Of a DNA stretch of 63,565 nt, positions 48,095-61,685 are shown one piece after another. The notes beneath the pieces are model-generated. The model searched no databases. It was given only the letters and a program-made list of their open reading frames with translations, and had not been told where the DNA came from. Each line of letters opens with the position of its first letter. The stretch's first letter is position 1. Origin of the DNA: Octopus sinensis. Its lineage: Eukaryota. Both the position numbers and the translations under genes were made by a program. Where the stretch lies: assembly GCF_006345805.1 (NCBI RefSeq), contig NW_021831870.1, positions 1 through 63,565 of the forward strand. The letters run 5' to 3'.

Positions 48095-48310
48095 CCTAGT
48101 ATAGGCACAAGGCCTGAAATTTCGAAGGATGGGGTGAGTCAATTACATCAAGCTCCAGAGTATAACTGGTACTTATTTTGTTGACCCCGACAAAAGGATG
48201 AAAGACAAGGTTGATCTTGACAGAATTTGTATTCAGAATATAAGGACGGATGAAATGGTGCTAAGCCTTTTGTGCCAGCCATGCTAATGGTTCTGCCAGT
48301 TCGTTGCTTT
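48095..48310 (-). mobile_element. SINE family B, short tail, diverged
   Basis: Reverse complement of the family B domain. Confidence 0.7.
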
Positions 48311-48849
48311 GGTTTACATTAAAATAATAAAAGGAAAAGCAATTAATACACACAGTCTACAAAATATGGTAATGTCCTAAACAAGAATACTGCAAAAGCA
48401 CCAATCAAGGAATCTTCTCTGTTGAGGATTACACAGACTTTCATTAGTAAACGTCATCCCCAAAGTCGTCCCCTTGCTCTAGTCCTTGGTCCTTAAGCAT
48501 ATACTGAATATAGGTCCAATAATTTGAGCAAGGTTCACCACTCTCGCAAATCTTTCAATAAATTTACTGCAGTTTAATCCTTCCTTTTCCATTTTCTCAC
48601 TGCCTTCTCTGAATGGAACTTGAAGAAAAGCTTGGTTGATGATGAAAGTGTGTGTTCTCAATCCTTTCATTCACATCTGACATGCAACCTCTTTTTTCAT
48701 AACCACCACATGTGTAAAAAAAACTATTTGTGCTTCTCAAGCAAAGGAAGGCTGTTAAAGCAATCATCATTATGGATTTGGTTAAGAAGATTCGGTCAAA
48801 AGGCAGTGAGCTGGCGGAATCGTTAGCACGCCGGGCGAAATGAGTGTAC

Positions 48850-49030
48850 CATGGCCAGAGTTTTAAACCCTGTATTCAACAGCATTATAATAGACAGAAA
48901 ATTATTGATAATGATACCTTTATTCACACCCTTTATCAATAACACTACCACTCTCCATCTGAAAGAACTGGGAATTCTTCTACCATCTGGAGTTAATGAA
49001 CTCCTTTCATTCATTCCACATCTGGTATCT
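48850..49030 (-). pseudogene. Degraded L1/Tx1-type RT N-terminal fragment
   Basis: IPSSFRWRVVVLLIKGVNKGIIINNFLSIIMLLNTGFKTLAMVH resembles the IP..W..G.V.LL.K..KG...N.RPI.LLN..FK.LA motif. Confidence 0.55.
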
Positions 49031-49261
49031 AAACTTTCTCCTTTCTACTTCTATAAATGGCTAAATGCTATTTGGTAGACTGATGAAGTCAGAGATGACA
49101 TCAAGATTTTTATGATTCTTTTGGGTCAGGAATGCCATTTGTATCCTCGTTAAGTTCCTTGTTGGGTTCCTTGATGCAGTCACTTCATCTCATTCCTCGG
49201 TAAAAATGCTAACAACCAGCCATTATAGGTTTCTTTCTATAGGTACATCAGCTGTGAAAGT

Positions 49262-49580
49262 GTATGAACAAGTGGTTAGGATATTCAGTTCACAATCATA
49301 ATGTCATGAGTTCTATTCTCAATGGCATGTTGTGTCCTTGAGCAAGACACTTTATTTCACATTGCTCCAGTTCACCCAGTTGGCAAAAAATAAGTAGTAC
49401 CTGTATTTCACAAGAGCAAGCCTTGTCACCTTCTGTGTTCCGCTGAATCTCCCTAAACACTACATTAAGGTTACACACGTCTGTGGAGTACTCAGCCACT
49501 CGCACATTCATTTTACAAGTAGGATGTTCCATTGATCAAACCAACTTGAACCCTTGTTGTCTTAACCAATGGAGTGCCAG
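49262..49580 (+). mobile_element. SINE family C
   Basis: CCTTGAGCAAGACACTTTATTTCAC block; matches 24330-24648. Confidence 0.82.
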
Positions 49581-50039
49581 TTTTTACATCAACCAGCCTC
49601 AGCTTCCCTGAGATAAACTCTTCACCCTTAACTGGCCCTTAGCTTCAACTTTAGATGGGGATTTGACAAGCACTGTTCCAAATTGTCTGCTGCAAACAAC
49701 AATGTTTCACTGTCCCATATTATCAAAGAAATTCTCTACTTAGGCATCTATAAACCTTCCTTTCCTTCGAATTTTCTCTATATCTGTACCAACATGTTAC
49801 CATGCACATTCTGTCATTCCTGTCCTTTCTAGGGGCAAGGTTCAGATAACTTTTCTGCTCACCTTTCAAACAAGTCCTCTGGATCTTCATAATTGTTCTG
49901 TTTTTCATCTCCAGTCACACAGTGCTCATGCTGTGCTTGCAGATGAACCAGCAACTTTAACAAATAGTTTGCTAAAGTTGTTGTTACTGTTATTGCTAGC
50001 TATTATTATATCAAAAATCAATGGAAATTGCAGTTGTTA

Positions 50040-50365
50040 TACCTGTGCCGGTGGCACGTAAAAGAACCATCCGAATGTGGTGTTGCCAGCACCGCCTCTA
50101 CTGGCCTCTGTGTCGGTGGCATGTAAAAAGCACCAACCGATCGTGGCCGTTGCCAGCCTCTACTGGCCTCTGTATCGGTGGCACGTAAAAAGCACCCACT
50201 ACATTCACGGAGTGGTTGGCGTTAGGAAGGGCATCAAGCTGTAGAAACACTGCCAGATCAGACTGGAGCCTGGTGCAGCCTTCTGGCTTCCCAGACCCCA
50301 GCTGAACCGTCCAACCCATGCTAGCATGGAAAACGGACGTTAAACGATGATGATGATGATGATGA
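50040..50365 (+). mobile_element. Family F retroposon
   Basis: Three GGTGGCACGTAAAA units; GGACGTTAAACG(ATG)n. Confidence 0.88.
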
Positions 50366-50730
50366 TTTTTGCAAATCCCAAACACTTGAATGTTAAACAG
50401 TCCAGTCAGATAGGGAACAGTCAACAAGTTACCAAAGGAACCCTTACTGCTTCCTCTCCTATGCCTTACATAGACAAGACTTCCTTTAAAATCCTTGCTG
50501 TACCAAGAAGTGCTGTCTCTTTCTTTTCCTCTCCTTCTTAATACTATTGTTATTATTATTATTATTTGCTGTAGCCCATCTTTTATACCAAGACAAACCA
50601 ATGTACATGATAATACTTCCATTCAATTAAGATCAGAAGCCATGAGAACCTATTATTATTACTATTATTATTATTATTATTATTATTATCATTATTATTA
50701 TTATTATTATCATTATTATTATTATTATTA

Positions 50731-50761
<31 letters not shown>

Positions 50762-51089
50762 GTGTTTCAGCCCAAAGGCTGTGGCATCATCATCATCATC
50801 ATTAAAATACATAATGCACACCATCTTAAAGAGCAAGAAGGGAAAGAGACAGAGTTTTGTCAAATGTAGAACACACCATAAATATTGCAATTTCAGATTT
50901 CAATGACTTACGTTGTATCATGTGATGAAAGAAAGTTATCTGCAACTGGAAATTTCAAAATAGTCGTTGAAGCAGTGAACTATTTCAAGAATAGAAAGAT
51001 TTTACATGACAAATTGCTAGAAAGAGAAAGAATTACTTGAACAGTAAATAAGAGAAATCAAGTAAGTTGTAAATAAAGGACACTGGTTG

Positions 51090-51775
51090 TGGCTGAGTGA
51101 TTGGAACCTTGCACGAAAAAACTGAATGGCTAATAGTAGCCACTCAGGAACAAGCCATAAGAATGAATTTGATAAAGACAAAGATTGATAGAACTCAGTC
51201 AGACAGCAAACACAGAATGTGTAGAAAAGTGAACAAAAGTATCAACTATCAACAGAGTGCAGTAAGCTACCATGGAAGGAGTATAAAAGCAGACATGACT
51301 GAGTGTATAAAAATGTGATTTTGGATGTTAGCCATTTTTGTGTATTTGAAGTGATAGAAATGTTGTAAGAACATGAGAGATGAGACTCTAAATATTAATG
51401 ACAATTACAAGATTTTAGAGCATTTTACGAAAAGAGATTGATCACATTATTGAAGAAAAGAAACTGGATACAATTATGGAAGCCAAAAACAACAAACACT
51501 GTAAAATCGTTGACTTAGCAAACCCATATTAAAGAATGGATATCAAGCAAACCAAGAAAACTGAGAGAGAGATGAACAGATTGTAGATTATAAAGATGGA
51601 AACCATTTTTACCATGCTCTCTGCAGAACACCCACTGGTGCGGAGGAGACTGAAGAATATTCTAATTGAGACATTTATTGTGAACATGCACAAAAGAAAC
51701 CTCCTGGTTTCTGCAAGAATCCACAGAAAGATTCTTAAGATTTGAGACTTGTTGTCACCGAACCTAAGAATAATA
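51090..51775 (+). pseudogene. R4/Dong-like LINE C-terminal fragment (different family), heavily decayed
   Basis: GTLHEKTEWLIVATQEQAIRMNLIKTKIDRTQSDSKHRMCR fits W.G.L..ETE..I.AAQEQAI.TN..K..ID...D..CR.C; ends SARIHRKILKI*. Confidence 0.72.
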
Positions 51776-52617
51776 ATATCTCTGCTAATTAACTTAGAAT
51801 GTTATCATTTCTATATATTAATATTAACAGCAACACAGATTTCATTGTTAGCCTCAAGGGCAATACAGTTTAAATATATGCTAGACAAGACAAAAACATA
51901 AACAATACATTATGGCTTTACCAATAATGTTAATACAATATTTGCAGCTGCTTTAACGATAACAAAAGTTGTAATGATGAAGATGGTGGTGGTGGTGGAG
52001 GTAGCAATGATGATGTTGATTATAATGATGATGGAAGTAGGAAAAGGAGGAGGAGGTCAATAGTGATAATGACAATGATAATAATGATGGTGATAATGAC
52101 GACGATGGTGATGAAGACAATGATAGTGATAATGATGACAACAATATTAATAACGGTTCCTGAAATAATAATTTCAATAAGGAGATATGATGATGATCAT
52201 CATCATCACCATCGGCAGCAGCACCATCATCATCACTGACATCATTGTCATAATCATCATTAACATCGTCATCATCAGCAGCAGCAGCAACATCATCAGC
52301 ACCATCATCATTATTATCATTACCACCATTTAATGTCAGTTTTCCATACCCAGTCTCAGAATTGAAACCATAATCAAGGGATTGTGAATACAACACCCTT
52401 ACCACTAGACCACATCCATACAGGAGAGAGAAAAAATTGGAAGCTGATCTTGGTGGAATTTGAACGCAGAGGACTTTAGTGACAGCACTTACCATTGTAC
52501 CAATAGACATTTAATACTCTGTGCTTTTGGATCGGTCACTGAAGATTTTTTTAAATATTGTACTTCACATTATCAGTTTCTTTAAGCTAAACCCTGTGAA
52601 AATAATAATGATACTCT

Positions 52618-52990
52618 TTTGCTCCTTTACTTGTTTCAGTCATTTAACTGTGGCCATACTGGAGCACCACCTTTAGTCGAGCAAATCGACCCCAGGGCTT
52701 ATTCTTTGGAAGCCTAGTACTTAGTCTATCGGTCTCTTTTGCTGAACAGCTAAGTTACGGGGATGTAAACACACCATCATCAGTTGTCAAACATATACAC
52801 ACACATACATATATATATACATATTTATATATACATATATACGATGGGCTGCTTTCGGTTTCCGTCTACCAAATCACAAGGCTTTGGTCGGCCCGAGGCT
52901 ATAGTAGAAGACACTTGCCCAAGGTGCCACGCTGTGGAAATGAACCTGGAACCATGTGGTTGGTAAGCAAGCTACTTACCACACAGCCAC
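52618..52990 (-). mobile_element. SINE family A
   Basis: Both halves present. Confidence 0.88.
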
Positions 52991-52999
52991 ATTATAATA

Positions 53000-53218
53000 A
53001 TAATCTTTTCTACTCTAGACACAAGGCCCGAAATTTTGTGGAAGGAGACTAGTCGATTAGATTGCCCCCAATACACAACTGGAACGTAATTTATCGACCC
53101 CGAAAGGATGAAAGGCACAGTCAATCTCAGCGAAATCTGAACTCAGAACACAAAGACAGATGAAATACCGCTAAGCATTTGGCCTGGCATGCTAATGTTT
53201 CAACTAACTTGCCACCTT
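53000..53218 (-). mobile_element. SINE family B, short tail
   Basis: Reverse complement of 12265-12495. Confidence 0.8.
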
Positions 53219-53239
53219 CTTATAAATAATAATAATAGT

Positions 53240-53447
53240 AATCCTTCTAGTGTAGTCACAAAGCCTGACATTTTGCAGGTCGGGACTAGTTGATTACATA
53301 AACCCTAGAATTTCACTGGTACTTAATTTATCAACCCTGAAAAGATAAAAAGTAAAGTTGACCTTAGTTGAATTTGAACTCAGCACATAAGAAATACTGC
53401 TAAGCATTTTGCCCAGCTTGCTAACAATTCTGCAAGCTTACAACCTT
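53240..53447 (-). mobile_element. SINE family B, short tail, diverged
   Basis: As above. Confidence 0.72.
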
Positions 53448-53494
53448 ATGACGATAATAATAATAATAATAATAATAATAATATAATAATAATA

Positions 53495-53547
<53 letters not shown>

Positions 53548-54079
53548 AATAATAATAATAATAATAATAATATAATAATAATAATAATGATAATAATAAT
53601 GATAATAATAATGTTAAGATTCTTTAAAAATTACTACAGGGACATTTCATGAAGGGGGGCATTGCAAATACAGACAAGTAGATACAAGAATGATAGTGTG
53701 GGTGACAGTGGTGGTGCTAGTTGTGGTGGTGCTAGTTGTGGTGGTGCTAGTTGTGGTGGTGCTGCTGGTGGCACTGGTGGTGGCAGCAGGTGGTGGTGGT
53801 GGTGGTGGTGGTGGTAATATTTTGTCACCAAAAAATAATTTGGAAAATTACATTATGATATTGCCAACATGGAAAATAACAATGGTCGTTAAAGTAACAA
53901 TGCTTGTGTGTATGTGTACAGGGGTGAATGTGCGTGTGTATGTGTGTGTGTGTGTACGTGTACATGCATGTGTGTGTGTGTGTGTGTGTACGTGTACATG
54001 CATGTGTGTGTGTGTTTGCACACACACACACATATATATATATATAATATATATATATATATATGTATGTATGTATATA

Positions 54080-54119
<40 letters not shown>

Positions 54120-54362
54120 TGTATGTATGTGTGTATACATACACACACATGCATAGATACACATATCTGTATCTATCTATTTATACACACAATGTATATA
54201 TATATGTATGTATGTATATTTATATATATGTATGTATATATATTTATATATATATGATGATGATGATGATGTGTATTATATATGTATATATATATATATG
54301 TATTTATTTATATACATAGACACGCACTTACACAGACTCACACACGCACACACACTTACACA

Positions 54363-54400
<38 letters not shown>

Positions 54401-54767
54401 AGATAAACAGAAAGAGAGGGTTAATGAGATTTTAGGTGTTAGGCTTAATCTGTCGTTGCCCACTTTAACACTTGAACCACTGCCACCTGTTATTGGCTGA
54501 GTTTCGCACCATCCAGTTTCTTACTATCATGGTGACCACATCTTCCCGTCTTATTTGCAGATACCTCAATATTTTCACACTTCTTTCTCTCCTTCTCTAT
54601 CAACCAAGGAGGAGTCATGGTTACTTCTCAACCGTCTTGGAAACCATGTGGGAAAGGTCATGGCTTTGGCCATCCTCCTCTGGCTAGGATACTTGAAAAG
54701 GAAACAGAAATAAGACAGGCAGATGGATAGGACAGATAGACAGACAGACAGATAGATTGATAGATAG

Positions 54768-54828
<61 letters not shown>

Positions 54829-54912
54829 CAGACAGATAGATAGAAGGATGGATAGATTGACAGATAGATAGACAGGTAGATAGATAGACAGGTAGGTGGA
54901 TAGAAAGACAGG

Positions 54913-54943
<31 letters not shown>

Positions 54944-54959
54944 GAAGACAGGATAGATA

Positions 54960-56035
54960 GACAGGTCAATAGGATGGATAGACAGGTCGATAGGATATAG
55001 ACAGGTCAATAGAATGGATAGACAGGTCGATAGGATGGATAGACAGGTCGATAGGATGGATAGACAGGTCAATAGGATAGATAGACAGGTCGATAGGATG
55101 GATAGACAAGTCGATAGGATGGATAGACGGGTCAATAGGATGGATAGACAGGTCGATAGGATGGATAGACAGGTCGATAGGATGGATAGACAGGTCGATA
55201 GGATAGATAGACAAGTCGATAGGATAGATAAACAAGTCGATAGGATGGATAGACAGGTCGATAGGATGGATAGACAGGTCGATAGGATAGATAGACAAGT
55301 CGATAGGATAGATAAACAAGTCGATAGGATGGATAGACAGGTCGATAGGATAGATAGACAAGTCGATAGGATAGATAAACAAGTCGATAGGATGGATAGA
55401 AAGGTCGATAGGATGGATAGACAGGTCGATAGGATGGATAGACAGGTCGATAGGATGGATAGACAGGTCGATAGGATGGATAGACAGGTCGATAGGATGG
55501 ATAGACAGGTCGATAGGATGGATAGACAGGTCGATAGGATGGATAGACAGGTCGATAGGATAGATAGACAAGTCGATAGGATGGATAGACAGGTCAATAG
55601 GATAGATAAACAAGTCGATAGGATGGATAGACAGGTCGATAGGATGGATAGACAGGTTGATAGGATGGATAGACAGGTCAATAGGATGGATAGACAGGTC
55701 GATAGGATGGATAGACAGGTCGATAGGATAGATAGACAAGTCGATAGGATGGATAGACAGGTCAATAGGATAGATAAACAAGTCGATAGGATGGATAGAC
55801 AGGTCGATAGGATGGATAGACAGGTCGATAGGATGGATAGACAGGTCGATAGGATGGATAGACAGGTCGATAGGATGGATAGACAGGTCGATAGGATGGA
55901 TAGACAGGTCGGTAGGATAGATAGACAAGTCGATAGGATAGATAAACAAGTCGATAGGATGGATAGACAGGTCGATAGGATAGATAGACAAGTCGATAGG
56001 ATGGATAGACAGGTCAATAGGATGGATAGATAGAC
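54960..56035. repeat. 21-bp minisatellite (GACAGGTCGATAGGATGGATA), about 51 copies, inside a (GATA)n tract (54710-56225)
   Basis: 7-residue periodicity (MDRQVDR) in the ORF track; direct reading. Confidence 0.95.
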
Positions 56036-56244
56036 AAATAGGATAGATAGATAGATAGGTAGATAGATAGATAGATAGATAGATAAATAGATAATTAGAT
56101 AGATAGGTAGATAGATAGATAAATAGATAATTAGATAGATAGGTAGATAGGACAGATAGACAGACAGACAGATAGACATACAGATAGATAAATTGGGACG
56201 CTAACAGAAAGGTTGATAGACAAATGAATTGATAGATAAAATGT

Positions 56245-56648
56245 ATGGAGTGGCTGTGTGGTAAGTAGCTTGCTTACCAACCACATGGTTCCGGGTTCAG
56301 TCCCACTGCGTGGCACCTTGGGCAAGTGTCTTCTACTATAGCCTCGGGCCGACCAAAGCCTTGTGAGTGGATTTGGTAGACGGAAACTGAAAGAAGCCCG
56401 TCGTATATATGTATATATATATATATGTATGTGTGTGTGTTTGTGTGTCTGTGTTTGTCCCCCTAGCATTGCTTGACAACCGATGCTGGTGTGTTTACGT
56501 CCCCGTCACTTAGCGGTTCGGCAAAAGAGACCGATAGAATAAGTACTGGGCTTACAAAGAATAAGTCCCGGAGTCAAGTTGCTCGACTAAAAGCGGTGCT
56601 CCAGCATGGCCGCAGTACTGGCTGAAACAAGTAAAAGAGTAAAAGAGT
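56245..56648 (+). mobile_element. SINE family A, young full-length copy
   Basis: CpGs retained; complete head, body and tail. Confidence 0.93.
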
Positions 56649-56948
56649 ATAGATGGATAAAGAGGTAAACAGACAAAGAAACAGAGAGAGATGTTCAGTC
56701 ATACAAAAAAGTAGACAGAGATAGAGAGCAAGGGAAAGAGACAGACAGACAGACAGATAGAGAGAGAAAGAGTCAGAGAGATGGCTGACAGACATAGGAG
56801 GGGGAGAGAAAGAGAGACAGACAAATGGAAGGCCAATGCTGACAGACAGACAGACAATCAGGCAGATAGGTAGGTAGGTAGATAGATAGATAGATAGATT
56901 GATAGATGGATGGATGGATGGATGGAAGGACAGAAGGACGGACGGACG

Positions 56949-56990
<42 letters not shown>

Positions 56991-57034
56991 TAGACAGATA
57001 GACAGACAGATAGGGAGGGAGTCAGAAGGAGAAG

Positions 57035-57070
<36 letters not shown>

Positions 57071-57251
57071 AACGAAAGAGAAAATTAATTACCTGCCTCC
57101 CTTCAAACAACAGAAAAATCTTCTATTATCAATTATTAATAAAGATGTGTACGTTTGGCAAAGTGTGTTTTAATTAGATTCAATATGGAATCCATTCTTA
57201 ATTAGATCAGAACTGCTACAACAACAGCTCCATCACTTTAACGTGGTCATT

Positions 57252-57492
57252 CAGCCTGCTAGAGATAGCAGCCAAACCTCCCTCAAATTACACTCAGTAT
57301 TATCCTAAAGGAAAACTGTCAGTATTGACTGGGCAGATTTTAATTTATAATCAAAGATGTTTCAGTCCACCCATGACCATCTCACTTATTCCTATGTGCT
57401 GGCATCTTGGAGCCACATTAATCAAGAAATTCATTTCTAAGATGATAGGGTGCGATTTGAGGAAGATTTTGCTGTTTTTTCTAGCAGACTCA
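57252..57492. mobile_element. MITE-like element with ~42-bp imperfect TIRs
   Basis: CAGCCTGCTAGAGATAGCAGCCAAACCTCCCTCAAATTACAC vs GTGCGATTTGAGGAAGATTTTGCTGTTTTTTCTAGCAGACTC; a related arm occurs near 4890-4918. Confidence 0.65.
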
Positions 57493-57708
57493 ATGGCTGC
57501 ATGAAAATCCCTGTGTTGGCTAAAAGAAAGAAATCACATCAGAAAGTATACTTCTAGGTGCACCATTCTTGAAATCAAAACTGAAGGGAGGTTCATGGCT
57601 AGATTGCCTTTGGTCATGGATGTGCATAATCAATATTGACATGGTGTTAAGGGGGAAAGCTGAAAGAATTGTAAACATGCTGGGCAAAATGCTTAATGGT
57701 ATTTCATC

Positions 57709-57945
57709 AAGGGCGGCGAGCTGGCAGAATCGTTAGCACGCCGAACGAAATGCTTCGCAGTATTTCGTCTGCCGCTACGTTCTGAGTTCAAATTCCGCCG
57801 GGGTCGACTTTGCCTTTCTTCCTTTCGGGGTCGATTAAATAAGTACCAGTTACGCACTGGGGTCGATGTAATCGAATTAATACGTAAGTCTGGCCTTGTT
57901 TGTCTCCTTTATGTTTAGCCCCTTTGTGGGTAGTAAAGAAATAGG
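57709..57945 (+). mobile_element. SINE family B, long tail, young
   Basis: GGCGGCGAGCTGGCAGAATCG head, GAGTTCAAATTCC B-box-like, tail ..AGCCCCTTTGTGGGTAGTAAAGAAATA. Confidence 0.92.
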
Positions 57946-58033
57946 TATTTCGTCTGCCGCAATGTTCTGAGTTCAAATCTTGCCAAGGTCAACTTTACTT
58001 TTTATCCACACACATTCACACACACAAGCACAT

Positions 58034-58075
<42 letters not shown>

Positions 58076-58089
58076 ACATACAAACATAG

Positions 58090-59410
58090 AAGCCCAAAGA
58101 AGTCACATGACTCTACCTCAATGTATCATCAGGTGAAAGGATGAGTATATATGAGCAGAAGACCATGCATGGATGTGTTAGTAGAAAGCTCCAAGATGAG
58201 AGTAACATTGATCATCAAAGCAGTCAATCATGGACCAAAACCAGATAACTACCTCCCACTTTGAAGGGTAAGTTTTTGCAGCCTAGGAACAGGAAATATC
58301 AATCAAATACCTGATGGACAAAAGGGACAAAGATACAGGAAAAGCTGTAAAATGTGACAACCTATTTCTTTGCTACCCACAAGGGGCTGAACACAGAGAG
58401 GACAAACAAGGACAGACAAACGGATTAAGTCGATTATATCAACCCCAGTGCGTAACTGGTACTTATTTAATCGACCCCGAAAGGATGAAAGGCAAAGTCG
58501 ACCTCAGCGGAATTTGAACTCAGAACGTAGTGGCAGAAGAAATACTGCTAAGCATTTCACCCAGCGTGCTAACGTTTCTGCCAGCTCGCTGCCTTAAATG
58601 TGACAACCGGTGCAGATTTCATGGAGTTAAAACTGAAGATATCACCCACATCATAAGCAGTTGTCCGAAAATGTCATCATGGTATTACCCATTGATGAGA
58701 CATGATATTGTAACAAGGACACTCAATAATGGAATCTGTTGCAAGGATAACCCTGAGGACAAAGAAATAAGAGTCCACAGTATGGTAGAAGCCGTAGCCA
58801 CCCATAATAACAAAGAGTACTGGTGGAATATCCTTGTGAAAACTTCAATAAAATGTAAGCACAACAGATCTGATACAATGATTTGGGATAGAGATGAGAA
58901 ACTGTGCGCAGTTATGGAAATTAGCTGCCCAGCAGATGCTAGCATGAAGCTGAAGATCAGGGAAAAAGAGAACACCTATACCAAACTATTGAGAAATCTG
59001 CTGTTACTCTATCCAGATTACAAGTTCAGGTTTATACCTGTAATTATTGGGGCCCTGGGATATGTAACACACTGCCTAAATACCAATCTTGAGAAATTAG
59101 GCTTCTCAAAACCAGAAAGGAGAAAGCTAATCCGAAGACTACAGATCAAATCCATCACTGGGGCTGTAAAAATCTGTAAAAATTTCCAGAAATTTATCAT
59201 TTAAATATATATGAGCATGTCAAGATATACAACTATATGGAAGCATATACATACATAAAACAAAACATACAAATGTGCACACATACATACATACATGAAT
59301 ACATACATACCATGTTGTTGATGGTGAACTTCCAGTGGAGGAACTTTGAATCTAGGTTAGAAAGTGGCTCTTTCTCTATTGGCAAGAAATCGTGAAATAA
59401 AACTGAATAA
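58090..59410 (+). pseudogene. R4/Dong-like non-LTR retrotransposon 3' part (CCHC knuckle, RLE, 3' UTR), interrupted by a SINE
   Basis: ..EQEISIKYL..KCD|NRCRFHGVKTEDITHIISSC..RHDIV..SDTMIWD..EISCPAD..KEN.Y..L..FIPVIIGALG; frame rejoins when 58363-58595 and one TSD are removed. Confidence 0.9.
58363..58595 (-). mobile_element. SINE family B, long tail, with 13-bp TSD
   Basis: AAATGTGACAACC at 58350-58362 and 58596-58608. Confidence 0.93.
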
Positions 59411-59911
59411 TATACATACATACTTACATACATGCATTTATTCATACATACATACATACATACATACATACGTACATACATGCATACATGCATACATGCA
59501 TACATATACAGACATACATACTCACATACATTCACACATACACACATACATACATACATACATACATACATACATACATACATACATACATACATACATG
59601 CATGCATTCATACATACATACATATACAGACATACATACTCACATACATTCACACATACACACACATACATACATGCATGCATGCATACATACTCACATA
59701 CATTCACACATACACACACACATACATACATGCATGCATACATACATACATATACAGACATACATACTCACATACATTCACACATACACACACATACATA
59801 CATACATACATATACAGACATACATACTCACATACATTCACACTTACACACGCATACATACATGCATATATACATACATACATACATAAAACGTACAAAC
59901 ATGCGTACAGA

Positions 59912-59945
<34 letters not shown>
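59410..59945. repeat. (ATAC)n/(AC)n compound array with secondary periodicity
   Basis: Direct reading. Confidence 0.92.
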
Positions 59946-59949
<4 letters not shown>

Positions 59950-60179
59950 TAGATAGAGCAGTGAAAGTTGGTTTGTATAATGTAGTGGCATTTGGAATAT
60001 TAAGATGATGACAGTGATGTAGGGCAAAGATAACATGTGAGGATAGGAGAGGTGAAAATGTGCACAGCTCTGTTCAGGTGCAGTAAATGCAAAATAATGA
60101 TAAAGATGTGCAGGAGATAAGGGATCAACAGCTAATCACACCTGAGGTGGAGTTGGAGGGGGGAGAGACTTTAGGGAAA

Positions 60180-60238
60180 GACAGGCAGACAGGTTGATAG
60201 GTAGATAGATATCAATTAATAAATAGATACATAGATAA

Positions 60239-60273
<35 letters not shown>

Positions 60274-60290
60274 TGGATAGAGAGATAGAC

Positions 60291-60349
<59 letters not shown>

Positions 60350-60362
60350 CAGACAGATAATG

Positions 60363-60404
<42 letters not shown>

Positions 60405-60413
60405 ATAGGTAGG

Positions 60414-60463
<50 letters not shown>

Positions 60464-61341
60464 TGTTTCTTTATTAGCCACACAGGGCTGCACACAGATA
60501 GAACAAATTACAAGGTAGTAGAGCTTTTCTTTTGAAGGTATTAAAAAAAAAAAAAAAAAAAGGAAGGGGGAGGTTCGATCAAAAGGATCGTAAAAGGAGA
60601 GAAAGAGGAGACAACAAATAAGGGGGTTAAAAAAAAAATAAAAAAAAAAGGGGGGGGGGGGAGGGAGAGGAAAAAAAAATGATCAATAGGGATCGTTATC
60701 ACAGAAATGTCAATATGAAGTGTAAAGGGGAGGACAGGTGAGGTTTACCCGTGGAAAGAAAAGCCTGCGGAAAAGACCACGGTAACCTCGGTCAATGAAG
60801 TCACATTTTATATTTCTTTTTTTTTTTTTTTTTTTTTGCAAATAAGCAACTCTCTGTTTTCGATTTCTGGGTTCATAGGACTATGCTCAAGGTGGCTTCG
60901 TCATTCATACGTGCCATTCTTGCTACATTCACCCATCTTTTTTAAAACATTCGCTAGACAAAACTTGCCTCTCTACTCTCACTTTCCTTTTCAAGTGGTA
61001 CTTGAAGAAGTTGATGAGAGATTGACCAGAGAGGAAAGTGTTTGTCTCCAATCCTTTCAGACGCGTCCACCGATACATTCTTTCGCCATAGCCACAAGGA
61101 TGATGAAAATAGCTCTTCCTTCCCGTTTGAAGGAAGGAGGCGTGACAATATTGACGATAGACTCAGCTGATAAACCGACTCGTCCCACACGTGACAGCAG
61201 TTGTTCGACATAAGCCCACAGGTCGGAAATTGCTGGACACTGCACGAGTGCGTGCAGAACGGTTTCGTCGCTCTGATCGCATCTCGGGCAGGTTGGCCCC
61301 GTGTTTCTCGAGCCGTGTCTGTAGAGCTTATCCCGAACGGG

Positions 61342-61384
<43 letters not shown>

Positions 61385-61393
61385 ATAGGTAGG

Positions 61394-61452
<59 letters not shown>

Positions 61453-61453
61453 G

Positions 61454-61508
<55 letters not shown>

Positions 61509-61517
61509 ATAGGTAGG

Positions 61518-61571
<54 letters not shown>

Positions 61572-61581
61572 AATAGGTAGG

Positions 61582-61624
<43 letters not shown>

Positions 61625-61625
61625 G

Positions 61626-61685
<60 letters not shown>

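Noticed and set aside
48420-48800. Continuation of the L1/Tx1 RT (QAF..V and EQG-like motifs)
   Set aside because: Similarity is too weak to support by eye; needs a profile search.
54575-56179. 534-, 341- and 339-aa ORFs
   Set aside because: They are products of a 21-bp tandem repeat that lacks stops in several frames; no unique sequence or splice context.
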